A stretch of DNA of 64,000 bases from Schleiferiaceae bacterium (GTDB taxonomy: Bacteria > Bacteroidota > Bacteroidia > Flavobacteriales > Schleiferiaceae): contig JBHYFA010000001.1 of NCBI GenBank assembly GCA_051859825.1, forward strand, positions 36,268 through 100,267, written 5' to 3'. Of the stretch, positions 61,288 to 64,000 are shown one piece after another; position 1 is the first letter of the stretch, and each line of letters starts with the position of its first letter. Position numbers and translations under genes: made by a program. The notes beneath the pieces are model-generated. The model was not told where the DNA came from. It worked only from the letters and a program-made list of their open reading frames with translations, and did no database searches.

Positions 61288-61948
61288 CTACTTAAATGTT
61301 AAAGGAAATAAGTAGTTGAGCTGTGCTGTAACTTGGTTCATGGGAGAAAAAACCACATCCCTTATAGCTAAAGGGTTAGTTACCATCATAAATTCTATAG
61401 CACCATAATCTCGCATGTTTTTTCTTAACCTTCCTCCAATCGAAAAAGCTGGTCCTAAAGTTATGTTGTGACGAAATAAAAAGTTGCGGAAGCGTGGTTT
61501 GATTTTCAGTGGTTAACAGCGTTTTATATCCGTCGTGTGCAATGTCGTATGCGAGCACACCACCAAGTTCTAAACGCGTAAAACGACCAGCATGTCAAGC
61601 ATAAGTTACCGGGACTGCTATGGTGCTAATCATATTCCCAAATCCGGGATTGTAGTAAACCAAAGGAGGAATTAATGGTCGAATATCCGGATTGTAAGCT
61701 GTAACAGCTTTAAGCTCTGTTATAGCGTAAGAGAGCCCAATAGAATAAGAACTATTACGCCCAAGTGGTTTAAAATACTCTCCAAACAATTTCACTGGAG
61801 TAGCGAGAACCGCACCATCAAGTTTGTGAAAATTACCTTGAAGTCCTGTCTCCAATGAAATGGCCCATTTTGGACTATTTAGTGCATTGTGCTGGGCATT
61901 TAGCCCATAAGAAATACACGCAACGATTGATAGAAAAATATACTTCAT
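61288..61948 (-). pseudogene. Disrupted outer-membrane beta-barrel protein gene (in-frame TGA at 61595-61597 plus a downstream frameshift)
   Basis: 117-aa signal-peptide ORF (MKYIFLSIVACISYGLNAQ...) continues in the same frame after TGA as HAGRFTRLELGGVLAYDIAHDG.... It then continues in another frame as ...MMVTNPLAIRDVVFSPMNQVTAQLNYLFPLTFK. Confidence 0.45.
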
Positions 61949-61949
61949 T

Positions 61950-62335
61950 TTTTATAGCTTTAAAGTTAGAGTAAAACCACTTTCCATGTTTTTTCTTGCT
62001 TACCTATTCGTATCCGCAAGAAATATGTTCCAGATGGAAATGCAGAAACATCCACAGTAATAGAATTATTTCTCATTTCTGGAATTTCCATTTTCTTTCC
62101 AGATATATCGTAAAAGAGCTATTCTATCAGGAGTTTGCTCACAATCGATATGTAGCCAATCAGAAGCTGGGTTTGGATAAAGCTTTATCGAATAATCCAT
62201 TATGGATGTTTCGATTTCTTTATTGTCTAATGAATTACTCGATCGGAGAACCAAAAACTGGCGTTCAATTCGGTTACCGGCATTGTCATGATTATATACA
62301 TACCTTTGGGCAAAGGTTTTGTTACTAACCATCAA
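61950..62335 (-). pseudogene. Remnant of a T9SS-CTD-containing gene (N-terminally truncated, frameshifted CTD)
   Basis: Frame A: ...SIKLYPNPASDWLHIDCEQTPDRIALLRY. Frame B continues ISGKKMEIPEMRNNSITVDVSAFPSGTYFLRIRIGKQEKTWKVVLL*. Together these reconstruct a canonical T9SS CTD. Confidence 0.5.
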
Positions 62336-62416
62336 TGCTAAGGCTTAAAGTACAAAATAGTGGATTTTCATAACAAAAAAATTAAAGTTAAACGATGACT
62401 TATTATCCATTATTCG

Positions 62417-62959
62417 TTAAGGAATAAAAGGATTAGCACTACTGGGCTTGGGACTAAATTCACGGAAACGGAAGAGCTCTTCGCGTTCTCTCACATTGGT
62501 TCGCCCGCCGTTTTCAAACTTAAACGCACGTTCAATGAGAAAAGTAGTGTCATTCAAAATAGTGCCTTCCCGCGCAAATGCCTCGTGCCACCCCGGGGAT
62601 GCGGAATACCACTTTTCAAAAATGATGGTACTGTCTTGGATTTGGTAGAGACCCCAGCTTGATTTATACCGCACCGAAGTATTATGATATTCTCCGGAAA
62701 TAACATCTTCTATTAATGTACTTTCCCAGTTACTACCGGGGTAATTGAAACCTCCAAGGATTATCCCATTTGAATAAAGGAAAAATACTTTGGTGGAATT
62801 TGTACTTTCTATTGTTTGGTAATAGAAGCCGTCAATACGAAGTTCATTGCCTGAGTAAGGGATTTGTTGAAGATTGAGCTCTTCGTCGTGGCGGTCTTTT
62901 TTGCAAGAAACAAGAAAAACGGAAATCAATAAAATGTAGATGATATTCACATGCCTCAT
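62417..62959 (-). CDS. Hypothetical lipoprotein
   Basis: Start trimmed to MRHVNIIYILLISVFLVSC (lipobox). 180 aa. No recognisable domain. Confidence 0.4.
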   Translation of the reverse strand: MRHVNIIYILLISVFLVSCKKDRHDEELNLQQIPYSGNELRIDGFYYQTIESTNSTKVFFLYSNGIILGGFNYPGSNWESTLIEDVISGEYHNTSVRYKSSWGLYQIQDSTIIFEKWYSASPGWHEAFAREGTILNDTTFLIERAFKFENGGRTNVREREELFRFREFSPKPSSANPFIP

Positions 62960-63222
62960 AGCGCTGAATGGGTAAAGGTTAAAAAGGGCTAGTTGTCGTA
63001 AATACATATTAAATTATAAAACATGCAACAAATGTAAGAAATAGTTTTCAAAAAAAACAAGATTATACAAGCAGAATTTCACACCGCACCCTGAAAATGT
63101 GTTAAGGATTATCCTATTCAGTTATGAATGTAGCTGAAGAAAACGCAGATGATATTCGCGGATCTCATAGCGTTGAATGTGTATAACATCATGCTTTATT
63201 GTTATACAAATGCCGTTATCAT

Positions 63223-64000
63223 TTATGCGTTCTCAATAATGTTTATTTCTTCCTCCATTAAATCGTAAAGCTGATAAACCAATTGGTCGATTTGGGATTC
63301 TATGTCAGAGGTGTCTGCTGTGGGGTTTTGTTTTTTGGCCTCAATAATAATATCAAGCAAAGAACAAATTTCGTTTTCTTGTTCATCTGTTGGTATTGGA
63401 ACTCTTAGCGGATTTAATGCTTGTACGCTAATAATTAAATCACCTGTTCCTGTTTTTGGTGAAAGTCTAAAAAGCTCTTTGTTACACAATTTAGAATTTA
63501 ATACTGCAGATAAGAATTTAACTTTTGAACCAGTTGCAATACAAGTGCTATCAAGGCAATATGCGCCACTTTCATCATAGCAAAAGCGAAGTATTGAACC
63601 TATTCGTTTCCAAACTAATTTTGGTTTCTCGAAGTCTTGCCAAAACGCAATATTATCTTGAGTTTCAAACCATTTGTGAGAGGTCTTTTTTCTTGAACCT
63701 TTTTCACCAGTTTGGTGAATTGTTTTACCAAATGATAGCAGGTAGTCTTTGATTGAAGTGTAATCTTCAATATCAATTTTCTTACTTGGAAAAGTTCCAA
63801 CAACCCATTTAACAACTTCATCTGCAACATACTTCTGAATATCTCTTCCTCTTAGTAATGGCTTAATTATTTCTGCTGACTTTGGGTCGGCTTCAATTAG
63901 TTGATTTTTCTTTGATTCGTCAATAATAAATGCTTCGTTGTAGCCTGTTTTTATGCCAAAGTTAATAGTTATATCCCATTCACTTAAAGGAATACCATTA
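63223..64000 (-). CDS. C-terminal part (at least 259 aa; gene continues beyond the window end) of a type IIG restriction enzyme / BREX PglX-like N6-adenine DNA methyltransferase (TaqI_C-like target-recognition region)
   Basis: An uninterrupted minus-strand frame runs from 64000 to the stop at 63223. Motifs: TGYNEAFIID, LLRGRDIQKY, KWFETQD, KPKLVWKRI, FLSAVLNSKL, PIPTDEQENEI, and terminal IDQLVYQLYDLMEEEINIIE, a conserved C-terminal tail (IDxLVYxLYGLTEEEIxIIE) I recognise from type IIG/gamma-class methyltransferases. Confidence 0.6.
   Translation of the reverse strand, partial: NGIPLSEWDITINFGIKTGYNEAFIIDESKKNQLIEADPKSAEIIKPLLRGRDIQKYVADEVVKWVVGTFPSKKIDIEDYTSIKDYLLSFGKTIHQTGEKGSRKKTSHKWFETQDNIAFWQDFEKPKLVWKRIGSILRFCYDESGAYCLDSTCIATGSKVKFLSAVLNSKLCNKELFRLSPKTGTGDLIISVQALNPLRVPIPTDEQENEICSLLDIIIEAKKQNPTADTSDIESQIDQLVYQLYDLMEEEINIIENA

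Noticed and set aside
61996-62328. 110-aa plus-strand ORF
   Set aside because: The opposite strand encodes a recognisable, though frameshifted, T9SS C-terminal domain, so the plus ORF is antisense noise.
63615-63830. 71-aa minus-strand ORF from the ORF track
   Set aside because: Out of frame relative to the continuous methyltransferase frame that carries conserved motifs.

Overview
This 64 kb window is almost certainly chromosomal DNA from a gliding Bacteroidota (Flavobacteriia/Cytophagia-like), with roughly 45% GC.

Core genes identifiable from sequence are mutY, ssb, gldE, gldD, ftsE, ddl, lipA, panB, rtcB, secG, miaB, gcvP, ridA, a pyruvate-dehydrogenase E1-beta gene, lepA and dusB, plus a sigma-54 activator gene. 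They are interleaved with many secreted or outer-membrane genes:
- at least six proteins carrying a T9SS C-terminal sorting domain, including a tandem triplet of paralogs at 41.5-48.1 kb and one type-B CTD adhesin;
- a TonB-dependent receptor flanked by DUF4249-like lipoproteins, and a BamA/TamA-like outer-membrane protein.

Signals not explained by ordinary gene content:
1. A palindromic REP/MITE-like repeat family, with at least nine copies of consensus about TAGTG(G/T)CTG(T/G)CTA(G/T)AAAGTCCGA(G/T)AGC..CGTTATGCTCG. It sits at gene 3' ends, and its TAG appears to serve as the stop codon for mutY, gldD, rtcB and others. One locus (21.6-21.9 kb) holds about 2.5 tandem full-length copies. Another copy carries compensatory stem mutations.
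2. A cluster of tRNA-derived fragments at 31.0-31.2 kb. The halves appear permuted or chimeric, and there is a degenerate tRNA-Asn(GTT)-like gene.
3. A WYL-domain regulator divergent from rtcB.
4. In the tandem paralog array, one paralog lost its stop codon and now reads through its terminator hairpin.
5. A gene-decay zone at 61.1-63.2 kb, ending in the C-terminal roughly 260 aa of a type IIG restriction/BREX-PglX-like N6-adenine methyltransferase that runs off the window end. The decay zone holds an outer-membrane-protein gene with an in-frame TGA plus a frameshift, a frameshifted T9SS-CTD remnant, and a duplicated gene start. This looks like the edge of a defence island.

No rRNA or CRISPR array was seen. 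All calls are by eye from the sequence and ORF translations, with no database searches.
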